64,000 nucleotides of DNA. It comes from Ostreococcus lucimarinus. Taxonomy: Eukaryota. The stretch is taken from assembly GCA_000092065.1 (NCBI GenBank), contig CP000581.1; one strand, written 5' to 3'. Positions 22,644 through 33,766 of this stretch are shown one piece after another. The position numbers were made by a program, and so were the translations under genes. The notes below the pieces were generated by a model. The model saw nothing but the letters and a program-made list of their open reading frames with translations, was not told where the DNA came from and made no database searches. The number at the start of each line of letters is the position of its first letter. Within the stretch, counting starts at the first letter, position 1.

Positions 22644-24608
22644 ATGCGCGCGAGCCGCGGGGACATCAAGCCCGAGCTCGACGACGATAATCCGTGCGTG
22701 CGACGACGCGAACGCGACGACGCGCGCGAACCGACGACGAAAGAGACGCCGCCGCCGCCGCTGACGACGGACGACTGACGACGCGTTTCGACGGACGCAG
22801 CGTCGTCGAGACGATCCCGGTGTACTTTAATCGCCCGCCGGACGATGGCGGAGAGATGGTTCTGATTCAGGTGCGAAAACCGCGCGGAAAGCGCGCGCGA
22901 GACGCGCGCGAGGCGAGCGAGAGAGCGATCGATGGGGACTGACGAGACGCCGCGACGGCGACGAGGAACGCAGTACCCGCTGCGACCGCCCGATCGGCCG
23001 TACGACGTGGCGAACGTGGAGAGCGTGCGATATAAACCCGATGCGGCGAAACTAGAGATGACGATGCCGATCGAGGAGAGCGAAAGAAATCGAGACGAGG
23101 ACGCGGCGGAGCACACGCGAATTTCTTCGCTGCTGTTGACGAGCTCGAGCGCGAAGGCGGAGGCGCACGGAGACGGAGTGGTCGTGGGCACGATACATAA
23201 CGGGGCTATGTATTTGACGCCGATCGAGGCGGTTTATCAGATGCGACCGAGTTTACAGCATTTGGACGCGGCGGATAGCGCGAGGCAACCGCACGACGCG
23301 GCGCGAGAGGAGCGAGAGTTGCAAGAGGAGGAGGAACGCATGCTGCTGCCTCTTCAGGTGCAAGTGCGACGACGAGAGACGGCGAAACAGACGGAAATGC
23401 GAGTGCAGTCGCACGCGTTTTTGCGGCAGCGTGAGCACGAGGAGGCATGGATTCCGTTGCAGCCCTCCATGCCGGGAGATGCGGATACAGAGTTCGTCAA
23501 GGCGTACGTGACGACGACGCACGGCGAGTCGTGCGGACAGGCGGTGACGGCGAGAGAATACCTCGACGTCATGTGCCCTGTGAGCGGAAGCAAACGCGTC
23601 GCTCCCGAGGACGAAAATGCCAACACTTTGGGCGATGGAACTGGGTTGAGCAAGTCTCAGCTCGCGTCTCTGCCGCTCGATAGACGTATTCGAGCGTTGT
23701 TCGCCAAGGGTCAAAAGTCGTGCATGAAATTTAGCAGGATTCGTCAATTCGTGACGGAACCCATAGAGCCTGAACAATTGATCGCGGTGATTCAAGACAG
23801 CGCACACTTGGTGCAAGGTAATTGGGTGGCCAAGTCCACGCTGCGGTGCGGTGGGAACGTGACCTGGGAAAACATGCGAGACTCGGCGCTCTTTCAGTTC
23901 GCGCGTTCGCGCAACGTCAAACCAGAGTTGGTATCCAACTGTTTGAAGCGTAACAGCACAAAATCGGATCCAACGTTGGCAAAGATGCGTCGCGAAGTTC
24001 TCGCAGAATTCTCTCGTCCTCGAGGTTACGGTAGCGCAGCAGATGGTTTCGAGTTCAACGAAGCCACCGACGAGGCGTTCGAAGCAGAATTCCCCGACGT
24101 CGTCTCGCGAGAGATGGAATCGTGGCTCGCCTTGGCGCCATCCCTCGACATCACGTTGCTCACCAACGAATTGACGACGCCGAGCGTACCGCCACACGTC
24201 TCACAAATTCGCCTCACCACCGTTCGCTCGCTCGTGTACGCGAAGTTTGAGAAGAGGACCCACCTGAGCTTGGCGGACATTCGCGCGTTTTTGCTGACGC
24301 AAGCCCCCGACGTCGCGGCGTGCGCATACTTTCGACAAGCCGAACTTCTGGGGATGTTCGACGGTGATATCGCGTGCATCGAGGGTATTTGCGTTCTGGT
24401 ATCCGTGAACGACCCCGCGATCGACCCTCTTCGCAGGAAAATCTTAGGTTTGCTCTACAAGCAGAGCGGCGTTGTCAAGCGTTCCGAAATCATGGACGCC
24501 CTCGGCGACGGCGCGCCCAGTCAGCACACCTACACCAAAGTCCTCTCAGACTTGTGCTCATCGAAAGGAAGCATTTGGACCATTAAGGCGGCGGAGGAGA
24601 TGAGGTAA
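22644..24608 (+). CDS. RPC5: DNA-directed RNA polymerase III subunit Rpc5 (POLR3E/Sin-like), three exons: about 22644-22693, 22801-22870, 22974-24608
   Basis: The spliced N-terminus MRASRGDIKPELDDDNP|VVETIPVYFNRPPDDGGEMVLIQ|YPLRPPDRPYD matches the human POLR3E N-terminus (DDPVVQEIDVYL...LFQYPVRP). Further in, AMYLTPIEAVYQMRPSLQHLD matches LHLTPLHGILQLRPSFSYLD. Both introns show GTGCG 5' splice sites and ACTGAC branch points. The track ORF starting MGTDETP begins inside intron 2; its ACTGAC is the branch point. Confidence 0.6.
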
Positions 24609-24681
24609 TACGCGAACATTCGTCGTTGTATAATCCTACACAATAGCTACGCTACAAACATTTTCTAGGTTCTTCAAACCT

Positions 24682-25101
24682 CTACTTCTTCCCGCCCTGT
24701 TGATCTTGCATCCGAATCTTCAGCGTCTTCTCCGACTTCGTCAGCACGAAATCATCCCACGTCTTATCCAATCCCTTCGCTTTGCTTCGCATCCGCGCCC
24801 TATACGCCGCGATGAGCTCCGGCTGTTTCGCCAGCGCCTCCGCCCGCGCCGCCTCCCTCGCCGGCTTTTCGCGATCGCACTTGTGTCCCTTCCCCGGTCG
24901 CGTCAGCGTCTTCTGCGTCCCGCGCGGTTTATCGTGCGTCCACTCGTACCCGTTCGCGATCGCCGCCTTGCGCAGCTCGGCGACGACGCGTCCGGAGAAC
25001 TCGGGCGCGCGAAACCGTCCGTTCGCCGGGTTCACGCTCGCGCGCGCGGCGTCCGGCATCTTCGCCAGCGCCGCGCGCAGGCGCTCGACGTTGCGAAACA
25101 T
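24682..25101 (-). CDS. small Lys/Arg-rich protein, possibly a mitochondrial ribosomal or other organellar small protein
   Basis: Internal [23 protein letters not shown]. About 139 aa, basic, C-terminus [27 protein letters not shown]. No confident family assignment. Confidence 0.25.
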   Translation of the reverse strand: MFRNVERLRAALAKMPDAARASVNPANGRFRAPEFSGRVVAELRKAAIANGYEWTHDKPRGTQKTLTRPGKGHKCDREKPAREAARAEALAKQPELIAAYRARMRSKAKGLDKTWDDFVLTKSEKTLKIRMQDQQGGKK

Positions 25102-25281
25102 GGCGCGTCGCGTCGTTCGGTCGCGCGCTCGGTCGTCGCGCTCGGTCGCGCGCGCGCGTGTGACGACGCGCGCGCGCTCGGTCGCGACCTCGACCATCCG
25201 TCCGTGCCGCCACACGCGCGCGCGCGACGACGACGACGCGTCCTCGCGCGCGGGAACCGCGCCCGGGCGTCGCGCTCCGCG

Positions 25282-26532
25282 ATGTCGAGCGACGCGCACA
25301 CGCGCCCGGCCGTGGTGATCGACAACGGCACCGGGTACACGAAGATGGGATTCGCCAAAAATGTCAATCCGACGCACGTGATCCCGACCTGCGTCGCCGA
25401 GAACGCGCCCGCGAGCGCGTCGAAGCGGCGGGGCGCGATGGATGACTTAGACTTCGCGATCGGTGACGAAGCGATGGCGCTGAGTGGGTCGAGAGACGTG
25501 CGATGGCCGATCAGACACGGACAAGTGGAGAATTGGGAACACATGGAAAAGTTTTGGGAGGCGTCGATTTGTCGATACCTGAGGTGCGATCCCGAGGATC
25601 ACTACTTTTTGTTGACCGAACCGCCGTTGAATCCGCCGGAGAATCGAGAGTACACGGCGGAGATCATGTTTGAATCGTTCAACGCGCCGGGGATGTACAT
25701 CGGCGTGCAGGCGGTGTTGGCGCTCGCGGCGAGCATAGCGAGCAAGAAGCAGAGTCAGTACGCGTCGGCGTTGACGGGGACGGTGATTGATATCGGGGAT
25801 GGGGTGACGCACGTGATACCGGTGAGTGATGGGTACGTGTTGGGGAGCTCGATCAAGAGCGTGCCGTTGGCGGGGAGAGATTTGACGACGTTTGTACAAT
25901 ATCTGATGCGAGAGCGCGGCGAACGCGTGCCGCCGGAGGACGCGATGGAGGTGGCGAGAAAGGTTAAGGAGGATTACTGCTACGTGTGCAAAGATGTTGT
26001 GAAAGAGTTCTTGCAGCACGAGCGCATGCCGGGCGAGTACGTGGTGCAAATACACGGCGTGCGGGGGAAAACCGGCGACACGTGGACGGCGGATGTCGGT
26101 TACGAACGATTTCTCGCCCCAGAGGTCTTCTTCGAGCCCGAGATATACTCGTCGGACTACATCACCCCGTTACCAGAGCTAGTGCACCAGGCGATTGCGT
26201 CGAGCCCGATCGATACCAGACGTAATCTGTACGGTAACATTGTGCTCTCGGGCGGAAGCACGATGTTTAAAGGATTCGGCAAGCGCATCAAACGCGACGT
26301 CAAAAGGCTCGTGGACGGGCGAATAGCGGCGACGACGAAAGGCGCCACGTTCGAGTCGAAAGAAGTCGAAGTCGAGGTCGTGACGCACAACTTCCAGCGC
26401 ACCGCAGTTTGGTTCGGTGGAAGCGTACTCGCGTCCACGCCCGGTTTTTACTCGAGCTGCGTCACCAAAGCCGAGTACGAGGAAAAGGGCGCGAGCGTCG
26501 TTCGGCAGAATCCCGTGTTTCGAGGTATCTAA
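25282..26532 (+). CDS. ARP3: actin-related protein 3 (Arp2/3 complex subunit)
   Basis: [39 protein letters not shown], the Arp3-specific insertions, and the C-terminus [42 protein letters not shown]. Start at internal ATG. Confidence 0.85.
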   Translation: MSSDAHTRPAVVIDNGTGYTKMGFAKNVNPTHVIPTCVAENAPASASKRRGAMDDLDFAIGDEAMALSGSRDVRWPIRHGQVENWEHMEKFWEASICRYLRCDPEDHYFLLTEPPLNPPENREYTAEIMFESFNAPGMYIGVQAVLALAASIASKKQSQYASALTGTVIDIGDGVTHVIPVSDGYVLGSSIKSVPLAGRDLTTFVQYLMRERGERVPPEDAMEVARKVKEDYCYVCKDVVKEFLQHERMPGEYVVQIHGVRGKTGDTWTADVGYERFLAPEVFFEPEIYSSDYITPLPELVHQAIASSPIDTRRNLYGNIVLSGGSTMFKGFGKRIKRDVKRLVDGRIAATTKGATFESKEVEVEVVTHNFQRTAVWFGGSVLASTPGFYSSCVTKAEYEEKGASVVRQNPVFRGI

Positions 26533-26584
26533 ACCAATTACGTTGTTAACGTCTAGAGTGTGTATTCTAAGTTAAGCCCCTGAG

Positions 26585-27328
26585 CTAACGACGCCCACGC
26601 TTATTCGCGTGTCCGTACCCAGCGCAATACTTCGTCTCGAGCCCGTCGTTCAACAGCGCAGCTTCGCGCGTCGATTCCTTCCTCTCCCGCTCCAATCGCT
26701 CGCTCCGAAGTCGTTCGAGATCATCGTTTTCCCTTCGATATTTCTTCTTCTCGCGATGCCTCTTCTTCTCGTGTCGATCGTTCCTCTCTCGCCTCTTCTC
26801 GTCGTCTCGCTCGGGCGTCAACCGCCGCGACTTCGACTTTAACTTCGCGTCGCTCGTAGCTCGAATCGCCTCCTCTTCCTCCCGTCGCCTACGCACTCGC
26901 GACGGAAGTGATGCGTACGCATCATCGTTCGCATCCTCTCTCTCTCTCACCCCGCTCGCGTACCACGGCGTCCGCGCGTCCCGACCGACGCCGCGTCCGC
27001 CGAAGCGCGTCCCGTCGTCCTCGCGCGCGTCCCCTCTCTCTTCTCTTCCATCTCTCGTCCGTCCCGTCGCGCGCGCCGCCGCCTCTTCCTCCGCGAAAAG
27101 GTTTACGTGCGCGTCGTTCGCACCGATCGTCGACGCGGACGTCGTCGTCGCCGCGCCGCGAAGCGCGCGCAAACGTTCCGCTCGGGACGCGTCCAACGCC
27201 TCCTTCGCCGCTTCCTCTCGCGCCTCGCGCGCCGCGGCCTCGTCCCTGGCCACGCGCGCGCGCTGTTTCGCGCCGTACACGTTCCAGGACTTGTGCGGCA
27301 GGATGTTCAGTCCGCCGTGCCCGCCCAT
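26585..27328 (-). CDS. CWC25: pre-mRNA splicing factor CWC25 homolog (Cir_N domain)
   Basis: The N-terminus MGGHGGLNILPHKSWNVYGAKQRARVARDE matches the CWC25/Cir_N start (MGGGDLNLKKSWHP...). Followed by an RE/KR-rich tail. Confidence 0.6.
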   Translation of the reverse strand: MGGHGGLNILPHKSWNVYGAKQRARVARDEAAAREAREEAAKEALDASRAERLRALRGAATTTSASTIGANDAHVNLFAEEEAAARATGRTRDGREERGDAREDDGTRFGGRGVGRDARTPWYASGVREREDANDDAYASLPSRVRRRREEEEAIRATSDAKLKSKSRRLTPERDDEKRRERNDRHEKKRHREKKKYRRENDDLERLRSERLERERKESTREAALLNDGLETKYCAGYGHANKRGRR

Positions 27329-27520
27329 CGCGCGTCGCGCGCGTCGACGTCTGCGGCTTCGCGGCTTCGCGCCGCGCGTCTCGCGCGCTCCGACTAAAAT
27401 TACAACGACGCCCGCGACCGCGCTGGAGGCGCGTCGCGACCGCGCGCGTCGCTAATTCGCCCAATCTCTCGCCGCGTCCGCGTCCGCGTCTCGCTCGCGC
27501 GCGCGCCGTCCCTCCTCCGC

Positions 27521-27550
27521 TCTCGCGCTCGCGCTCGCGCTCGCGCTCGC
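27521..27550. repeat. (CGCTCG)n hexanucleotide microsatellite in a 780-bp extremely GC-rich divergent intergenic region
   Basis: gcgctcgcgctcgcgctcgcgctcgc. Confidence 0.6.
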
Positions 27551-28107
27551 CCGTCTCGCCGCCCGTCCCGCCGCGCTCGCCTCGAACGCGCGCTCTCGCG
27601 CGCGCGCCGCCTCGCTCGCCGCGCGTCGCGCCTCCAGCGCGTTCGCGCGCTCCGTCTCCGCCGCGCGCGCGCGCCTCCGGCGCCATCGCGCGCCGCCGAG
27701 GCCGCAGCACCCCGCGCAACATCCGTCGTCGTCGCTCTCGTCGCTCTCGTCGCTCGCGCGCGACGTCGCGCGTCGCGCGCCGGCGTCGACGCGCGCGGAG
27801 TCCTCGCGCGCGTCGCCTCGCGCCGCCAAGAGCGCGTCGCCGTCGTCGAGCGCGGCGTACGACGCCGACGCCATCGCGCGTCCAACTGTCCGGTCGAGCG
27901 GCGACGGCGCGTCGCGCGACACCGCGACGCGACGCGACGCGCGCGCGGGTCCCGGCGCGCCGGCGCGGCGCGCGAACGCGGTTCCGGCGATCGCGCGACG
28001 CGCGCGCGCCCGACGACGCGCGCGCGACGCGCGCGAGGGTCGAGACGGCGCGCGCGCGAAAGCCCTGGCGCGACGACGCGCGCGACGGCTCTCGCGCGCG
28101 ACGCGCG

Positions 28108-29673
28108 ATGATCGTCGCGAGACACGCGGAGGGGAAGCGAGGGGAACATCATTACTGCGTCGACGCGAGGATCGAGCTGTGGAGCGCGGCGCAGGTGGAG
28201 GGACTCGGGGACGCGCGCGGGCGGGGGTCGACGGAGCGAGAGCGAAGGACGCCGAACGCGCGCGTGGGCGCGGTGCGGTGCGATATACGCGGCGCGAAGG
28301 ACGAGGACGCGAGAGCGAGAGCGAATGCGGTGGTGAGGGACGCCGGGATGACGGCGGCGCTCGCGAGAGGGGTCGGAGAGGCGATGAAGAAGGCGGGAGG
28401 GACGACGACGACGAAGCGAGGACGACGCGCGACGACGGCGTGCGTGGCGAAACGACGGAATGAACGCACCGGGACGGAGTTTTGGGTGGTCATCGCGCGT
28501 GGGGGGGGTGAAGACGAGGACGAGGACGCGTCGCGGGAGATGCGAACGATGTCGTTTCGCGTGGGCGCCGGCGAAAACGCAGAGGCGGAGGCGAGAAATC
28601 GGGCGGCGGCGTTCACCGCGAGCGCGGCGTTCGACGCGTGGGTGCGCGGGACGAAGTGCGTGCCGGGACCGAAGAAAGCTGGATTGGGTGGGTCTCGTGT
28701 GCGGGCTAAGAAGCATCCGTACGCGTACAGCGGGATCATGGGCGACGACATCATTGATTGCGTGTGCGGCGACAACGAGGAGTACGGGTTCATGGTGGCG
28801 TGCGAGACGTGCGGGGCTTGGGAGCACGGCGAATGCTGTAGAATCTACGCCGAGGAAGAAATTCCGAAAGATTACAAGTGCTCTTCGTGCGTTCGTCGGA
28901 GCGAGAAGGTGGTCGTGTTGCTCGAGTTTGCGTCGGATGACAAAGCCGCGTCGCTGCGAACGGCGCCCACCCCGGTGCGCTCGCCCGAAGGCGACGAGAT
29001 TAAAGACGATTATTTTGGTACTATAGACGGTGTCGCCGCGTTGCTAAAGGAAGATCGCATCGCCGTGTGCTGCGTGTGTGGATGCGAAGATTGCGATGGA
29101 GAGTATGGTTCAATGATTCGAGCGTGCGCGTGCGACAGCGGCGGCGCCATCGCGCACGAGAGCTGCATGAAGAATTGGAGCGATAAGTACTCACCACAAA
29201 AAGCAGGGAATGGAAGGTCACGCACGACGTCTCGAGCGCCCGACACCGTGCGCTGCAAAGCGTGTGGTGACGTAGGTGGAAAAGCTTCTGGTGTCACCGA
29301 AGTCGCGAAGCTTGATGAAATGCTGAAGGCGTTCGGCAAAGCCGTCGACGACACCTCGTCGAGATACGAAGCCGAAGCCATGGCGTATCGCGCCAACCCA
29401 CGACCGCGCCCTAGAACGCCCGTCGTTGAGACTAAGCCGAAGAAGGAGAAGCCTAAAGTCGAGAAGAAGAAGGTTCCCGCGGAGAAGCCAGCCCAAACGC
29501 AAGCTGAGGCTGCGCCGCCGACGCCGAAACCCTCCGTGAAGGAAGAAAAGTTTTCTGGAACGCCGCTGTCTATGTTACCTTTGAAGAAGAGGCGCATGAT
29601 GGCGTGGCATTCCGAACAAACTGGACTTAGTGAAAACGTCAAGCACGAGCTCAAGAATAATATCGCAGTGTGA
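28108..29673 (+). CDS. PHD-finger protein with a second C4HC3/RING-CH-like zinc finger and a Lys/Pro-rich tail
   Basis: PHD: IDCVCGDNEEYGFMVACETCGAWEHGECCRIYAEEEIPKDYKCSSC. Second finger: CCVCGCEDCDGEYGSMIRACACDSGGAIAHESC. Start at internal ATG MIVARHAEG; the listed ORF 5' 400 codons are GC-rich open frame. Confidence 0.5.
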   Translation: MIVARHAEGKRGEHHYCVDARIELWSAAQVEGLGDARGRGSTERERRTPNARVGAVRCDIRGAKDEDARARANAVVRDAGMTAALARGVGEAMKKAGGTTTTKRGRRATTACVAKRRNERTGTEFWVVIARGGGEDEDEDASREMRTMSFRVGAGENAEAEARNRAAAFTASAAFDAWVRGTKCVPGPKKAGLGGSRVRAKKHPYAYSGIMGDDIIDCVCGDNEEYGFMVACETCGAWEHGECCRIYAEEEIPKDYKCSSCVRRSEKVVVLLEFASDDKAASLRTAPTPVRSPEGDEIKDDYFGTIDGVAALLKEDRIAVCCVCGCEDCDGEYGSMIRACACDSGGAIAHESCMKNWSDKYSPQKAGNGRSRTTSRAPDTVRCKACGDVGGKASGVTEVAKLDEMLKAFGKAVDDTSSRYEAEAMAYRANPRPRPRTPVVETKPKKEKPKVEKKKVPAEKPAQTQAEAAPPTPKPSVKEEKFSGTPLSMLPLKKRRMMAWHSEQTGLSENVKHELKNNIAV

Positions 29674-29711
29674 TAATTATCTATGTGTTGATATTGCCTA
29701 AAACGATGCTC

Positions 29712-31490
29712 CTACGCGCCTACTGCCTGCAATTTTTTTTCTATGTATGATTTCGCGCTCACCGCACCCGCACCCCACTCCACCTGCCACTCGAAATATG
29801 GCACGGTGACCACTTTCCAACCGCGCACCGCGAGCGCCTTGTCTCGCAGCTTTGTTTTCTGCGTCAATCCTTCCGTCAAGTTTGTGTAAAAGTGCGACGG
29901 CCCATCGCACTCGATGGCGACTCGCTTGTCCTTTAAGCATATATCCATGCTAAGTAATCCATCGTCCGTGAGTTCCTCCATGTATGGCTCGTGACCTAGG
30001 CTTTTGACCGTCTCCAAGACTTCCTTTTGAAACGTACTCACGCGAGTGTCCTCGGTTTGTTGAAGCCACGCCGAGCGGCCGAGCTCAGCCACCCAGTCTG
30101 GGTAAACAACATCCACAGTTTCACGTTCTGGATCGAAATCGTGCTGCATCAGCCTCGCGTGAAAGAGCATCTTCAATCCCTCCAGCTGGAAATCCATAGA
30201 ATCCCTGCGGAAAAGCTCGCGCACGGCAGCTTTGTACAGGTCTGATTGAAACGCTCCCACGGAAGCGATGGCCCAAGTGATATTGGAAAGATCTTGGCTG
30301 TTACATTCACTGAGACGAAACCACGATGGGGTGACGTCATTGAAGAGCTTGTTCAGGCCATCGTCTTCTGAGCCACCGAAGACAGAGAGACCGATGGTTG
30401 TGTTGGCCAAAGCTTGAGTGGTGTATTCTTCTCTTCGTTCCAGGAGCGAGCGTTCAAAAGTGCGCAGAGCCTCGTTCCCCGGATGGTGTGCAAACTGCGC
30501 AAAAGCCCACACTGAATTGGAAAGCTCTTGTGCTTTGAAGTTTTGGGACGACTTCACGACAAAAATCGCCAAACGATCGAGAAGCTCGTATCCGGGATGC
30601 ACGCCCAATGACGACAGCGTCCAAAGCGCGTTGGACACCGTCTGCGTGCTGAACTCTCCTCCCGTCGCGCTCTCCGCTTGCATCAACTCTTTGTCCGGTT
30701 CGGGGAGCTTTGACAATATCACTGGTGCGAGAATTTCCGCCAACCTTTGCGCACGAGGATGTTTCAGCACCGTATACGCCCACAACGTATTCGTCAGCGC
30801 TTGCGGGTAAAATTCATCCACCTTCTGCTCCATGCGATCCGCCACTAAACCCAAGAGATCATCTCTCGGTTTGTATTTCAGCACCGCGCACGACCACGCA
30901 AAGTTGCTCAAGTTCTGAATCTGAAACGTCGCGAGCAACCGCTTGGTCGTCGCCTCCAAATCCATCACCCTCGCGTCGCTTCCGGCTTCCCACGCTCGCG
31001 GTAACAACCGCTGCCGCGCCTTCTTCGCCAATCTGTGCCACGCCGTCGCGCAATTCACCCGATTATATAGATGTGACCGCACGCGAACGTGTTCTAATAT
31101 CTCCTCCCCCGTGCGCGCGCTCGTGATCTCACCGTTTAACTCCGTGCTCAGTCTCCGGTCGACGCGCTCGCCGCCGTACGCGAACCCCTCCGACGCGCCC
31201 TCGTACCGCCCCCTCGCGCGCGTCGCGCTCGCCCCTCGCCCCGAATCGTTCGCGCGCGCTTTTTGCTCGCCATCGCGTCGATATCTCGGCACGAACGCCG
31301 CTCTTTCGCGCGCGCCTCGCTGCGCGCTCGCGATTTCGGCATCATCATCGCGCGCGCGCGATTTCTCCCCCCCCTCGCTCTCGCGCGCGTCCCGCGCGAG
31401 CGAGGACGTCGACAGCGACGCCGCGCATCGATCGCGAAGGTCTCGCGCGAGGCGGCGCAGCGACGACGTCGCGAGGACGCCGCGCGTCAT
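29712..31490 (-). CDS. RAP-domain protein with FAST/OPR-like helical repeats (organellar RNA-binding family) and a presequence
   Basis: C-terminal RAP domain ECDGPSHFYTN...KLRDKALAVRGWKVVTVPYFEW. Repeats NLSNFAWSCAVL / TNTLWAYTVL / SNALWTLSSLG / SNSVWAFAQF / SNITWAIASVG. First ATG is MTRGVLATSSL at 31490; the track start at 31736 is a TTG. Confidence 0.55.
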   Translation of the reverse strand: MTRGVLATSSLRRLARDLRDRCAASLSTSSLARDARESEGGEKSRARDDDAEIASAQRGARERAAFVPRYRRDGEQKARANDSGRGASATRARGRYEGASEGFAYGGERVDRRLSTELNGEITSARTGEEILEHVRVRSHLYNRVNCATAWHRLAKKARQRLLPRAWEAGSDARVMDLEATTKRLLATFQIQNLSNFAWSCAVLKYKPRDDLLGLVADRMEQKVDEFYPQALTNTLWAYTVLKHPRAQRLAEILAPVILSKLPEPDKELMQAESATGGEFSTQTVSNALWTLSSLGVHPGYELLDRLAIFVVKSSQNFKAQELSNSVWAFAQFAHHPGNEALRTFERSLLERREEYTTQALANTTIGLSVFGGSEDDGLNKLFNDVTPSWFRLSECNSQDLSNITWAIASVGAFQSDLYKAAVRELFRRDSMDFQLEGLKMLFHARLMQHDFDPERETVDVVYPDWVAELGRSAWLQQTEDTRVSTFQKEVLETVKSLGHEPYMEELTDDGLLSMDICLKDKRVAIECDGPSHFYTNLTEGLTQKTKLRDKALAVRGWKVVTVPYFEWQVEWGAGAVSAKSYIEKKLQAVGA

Positions 31491-31536
31491 CGTGTGCGGC
31501 TTCGCGCTGGGTTTCGCGTCACTGCGCGACGCCGAG

Positions 31537-33117
31537 ATGGAACCGGGAGCGATCGCGCTCGGCAAGGTGGCGCGCGCGCCGGCGCAGCCGTGCAGGGTGC
31601 GCGCTCGATCGACCGCGCGCGGCGACGACGACGACGAAGGACGAGGCGACGACGCGAACGGCGGACTGACAATTCGACATCGAACGCGTCGCGCGCCGTA
31701 GATTCTGCGCGATGACGAAGCCGCGGACGCGCTCAAGGCGAAGAAGGGTTCGCGCAGGGTGTATTGGTTCGGCGCGAGGTCCCTCGGTCACGTGGCGGAG
31801 AAGGAGTTGAAGGCGTGGGACGCGGACGCGTTCGAGGCGTCGCTGGCGGAGGTGAAACGCGGGAGGGATAAACTGGAACTCGCGCTGGAAGAGGCGAGAG
31901 CGCACGAGAACGGTGGCGGTGCGGTGAGCGTGGACGTGGGATCGACCCCAGAGGCGGTCGTGGAGACGGCGGCGAAGGAGGGGAGCGAGGCGGAGACGCC
32001 GGCGCCGGCGCCGGCGGCGAAGAAGAAGCGCGGAGGAGGCGGGCGTAAGAAAGTCATCGAGGAAGAGGAAGAGGCGGCCCCGGCGGAGGTGGCGGGAGAA
32101 GAAGAGACGCAAGCGGCGAATGATGACGTTGAAGATTACAAACCGAACGCCGAGGAGGAGGAGGCGAAGCCGAGCGGCAAGAAGCGCAAGCTCAGTAAAA
32201 AGGCTGACGGCGAAGACAAAAAGGATAAACAGCCCGCGGAGAAGAAGCCGGCGAAATCGAAAAAGGTAGAAATCGAAAAACCAGTGATCAAAGTACCGTC
32301 GAGTACACCTAGATTGTTAGAGTTGAAAACCGAGCTCGAGGATGGGCTGCAGGCGTACGAGGACACGCAAGAGCAACAAGAGCGTGCTCGATTGGAGCTT
32401 GAAAAAGCAAAGGAAGCCGTGGCTGCGGCGCAGATGAAAGTGGAGCAGGCAAATTCGCACGCCAACCGCGTCGTTCGAAGATTGAAGCAAACCGCTCGGC
32501 ATATTCAGGAGCAAAGCGTGAACCCAGTCATGTTGCAGGAAACGTTAATCACCAAAACCGTGAAAAAAGGTAGCAAGGTGAAGGATCCTTCGCTCGCAGA
32601 CTTTGCAAAGACGTGTGGAACGGTGATGGTAGAGTGGATCGAGCTTGTACGAACCTCTGCAGTGAACATGGTCGCCGTTCAGCCCGTGGAAGAGGTGAAG
32701 AAAGTGGTCAAGGAGGAAAATTCGGCGGAGGACGTGAAGATGGAAGACGCTGAAGACAAGCCCGCGACGGATTCACCTGCCAAGTTAAACTTGCCTCCGG
32801 TATTAGCGGAAACATTTGCTAAGAAGGGGTCGGTTGCCAAGCCCGCGGCTCCGGCTGCTGGCGGAGTACCTAAAGAGCCCGCGCACGACGCCACTCGTCT
32901 CCGCGTGGCACGCTACTTGGAGCAAGAGCACGGCTTATCTCGAAACGCCTCGCTCACGCTCGAAGCTGCGCTTTTCGATCAAGCGGGGGAACCAGGTATG
33001 GCGTACAAAGCCGCGCTCAAGCGCATCGTGAACCAGCCGTCCATCATGTCGTCCAACGCGCCGGCGCTCGATTCAGGCACAGTCAAACCGGCGCTCTTGC
33101 TCGCGTTTCGAGGTTAA
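31537..33117 (+). CDS. PWWP-domain protein with a charged/coiled-coil middle region, two exons: about 31537-31596 and 31702-33117
   Basis: Exon 1 MEPGAIALGKVARAPAQPCR plus exon 2 ILRDDEAADALKAKKGSRRVYWFGARSLGHVAEKELKAWD reconstitutes a PWWP domain (compare HDGF GDLVFAKMKGYPHWPARI...[23 protein letters not shown]). The 105-nt intron carries an in-frame TAG, a GTGCGCG 5' splice site and an ACTGAC branch point. Confidence 0.5.
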
Positions 33118-33265
33118 CGCGACGGTTAGCGCTGGCAAACGAACGAACGAACGAACGAACAAACGAACAAACTTTTGTAATTCATTCACTCCCTACTACG
33201 ACCTAAAAGTCTCGCATAAATCACACCCAATCCCTCTCCGTCTCCCGACGTCGTCCCGCAAACCT

Positions 33266-33541
33266 TCAACGCAACTTAAATCCGAGTTTCCGCATCGGCT
33301 GCATCAGCGTCTCGTGCACCAGCGTCGACGACCGCAACCGCATCCTCTGTTTCGGCGTCTTCGCGAACGCGCAGTGTCTCTTTCCCTTTCGTTTCCGCAG
33401 TATCTTCCCGCTCGCCGTGACTTGAAACCTGCCCTTGTACGACGAGTACGGCTTAATCTTCACCTTCGTCTTCCCGTTCGCCCCGACCTTGACCTTGCGC
33501 GCGTACGCGCGCCGCGCCGCGACGCCGCCGATCGACGATCG

Positions 33542-33582
<41 letters not shown>

Positions 33583-33766
33583 CGCGCGCCGTCGTCGCCG
33601 TCACCATCGCCGTCGACGCGAACGCGCGACACCGCGCGCGCGCCGCCTCGACGGCGCCCGTCGACGACTCGCGCGCGCGCGCGGGCGCGAGCGCGGCGCG
33701 CCGGACGACGCGCGACGTCGTCGCGCGCGCGGACGCGAGCGCGCGGCGCGCGACCGCCGCGAGCAT
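33266..33766 (-). CDS. organellar ribosomal protein bL35 with a transit peptide
   Basis: C-terminus YKGRFQVTASGKILRKRKGKRHCAFAKTPKQRMRLRSSTLVHETLMQPMRKLG matches bL35 (KRFKKTGKG...RHILTKK...RHLR). The presequence contains an (Ala-Thr)n run encoded by a (GCCGTC)n repeat. Start at internal ATG MLAAVARRALAS. Confidence 0.55.
33538..33577. repeat. (GCCGTC)6 hexanucleotide microsatellite inside the bL35 presequence coding region
   Basis: cgccgtcgccgtcgccgtcgccgtcgccgtcgcc. Confidence 0.7.

Noticed and set aside
22694-22973. Introner-element-like repeated introns (the roughly 105-nt introns of Rpc5, PWWP, the Tfb4 leader and RPS15a)
   Set aside because: Beyond the GTGCG donor and ACTGAC branch site the introns share no extended sequence similarity (except RPS15a introns 2/3). 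The similar lengths are more simply a genome-wide intron-size optimum.
24700-25281. 5' 194 codons of the 610-aa Arp3 ORF
   Set aside because: Arg/Leu/Pro-rich and antisense to the small basic-protein gene. Arp3 homology begins exactly at [18 protein letters not shown].
27400-28827. 475-aa minus ORF and 266-aa minus ORF across the CWC25-PHD intergenic region
   Set aside because: Poly-Arg/Ala reading frames through an extremely GC-rich spacer with a (CGCTCG)n repeat. They overlap the PHD gene in antisense.
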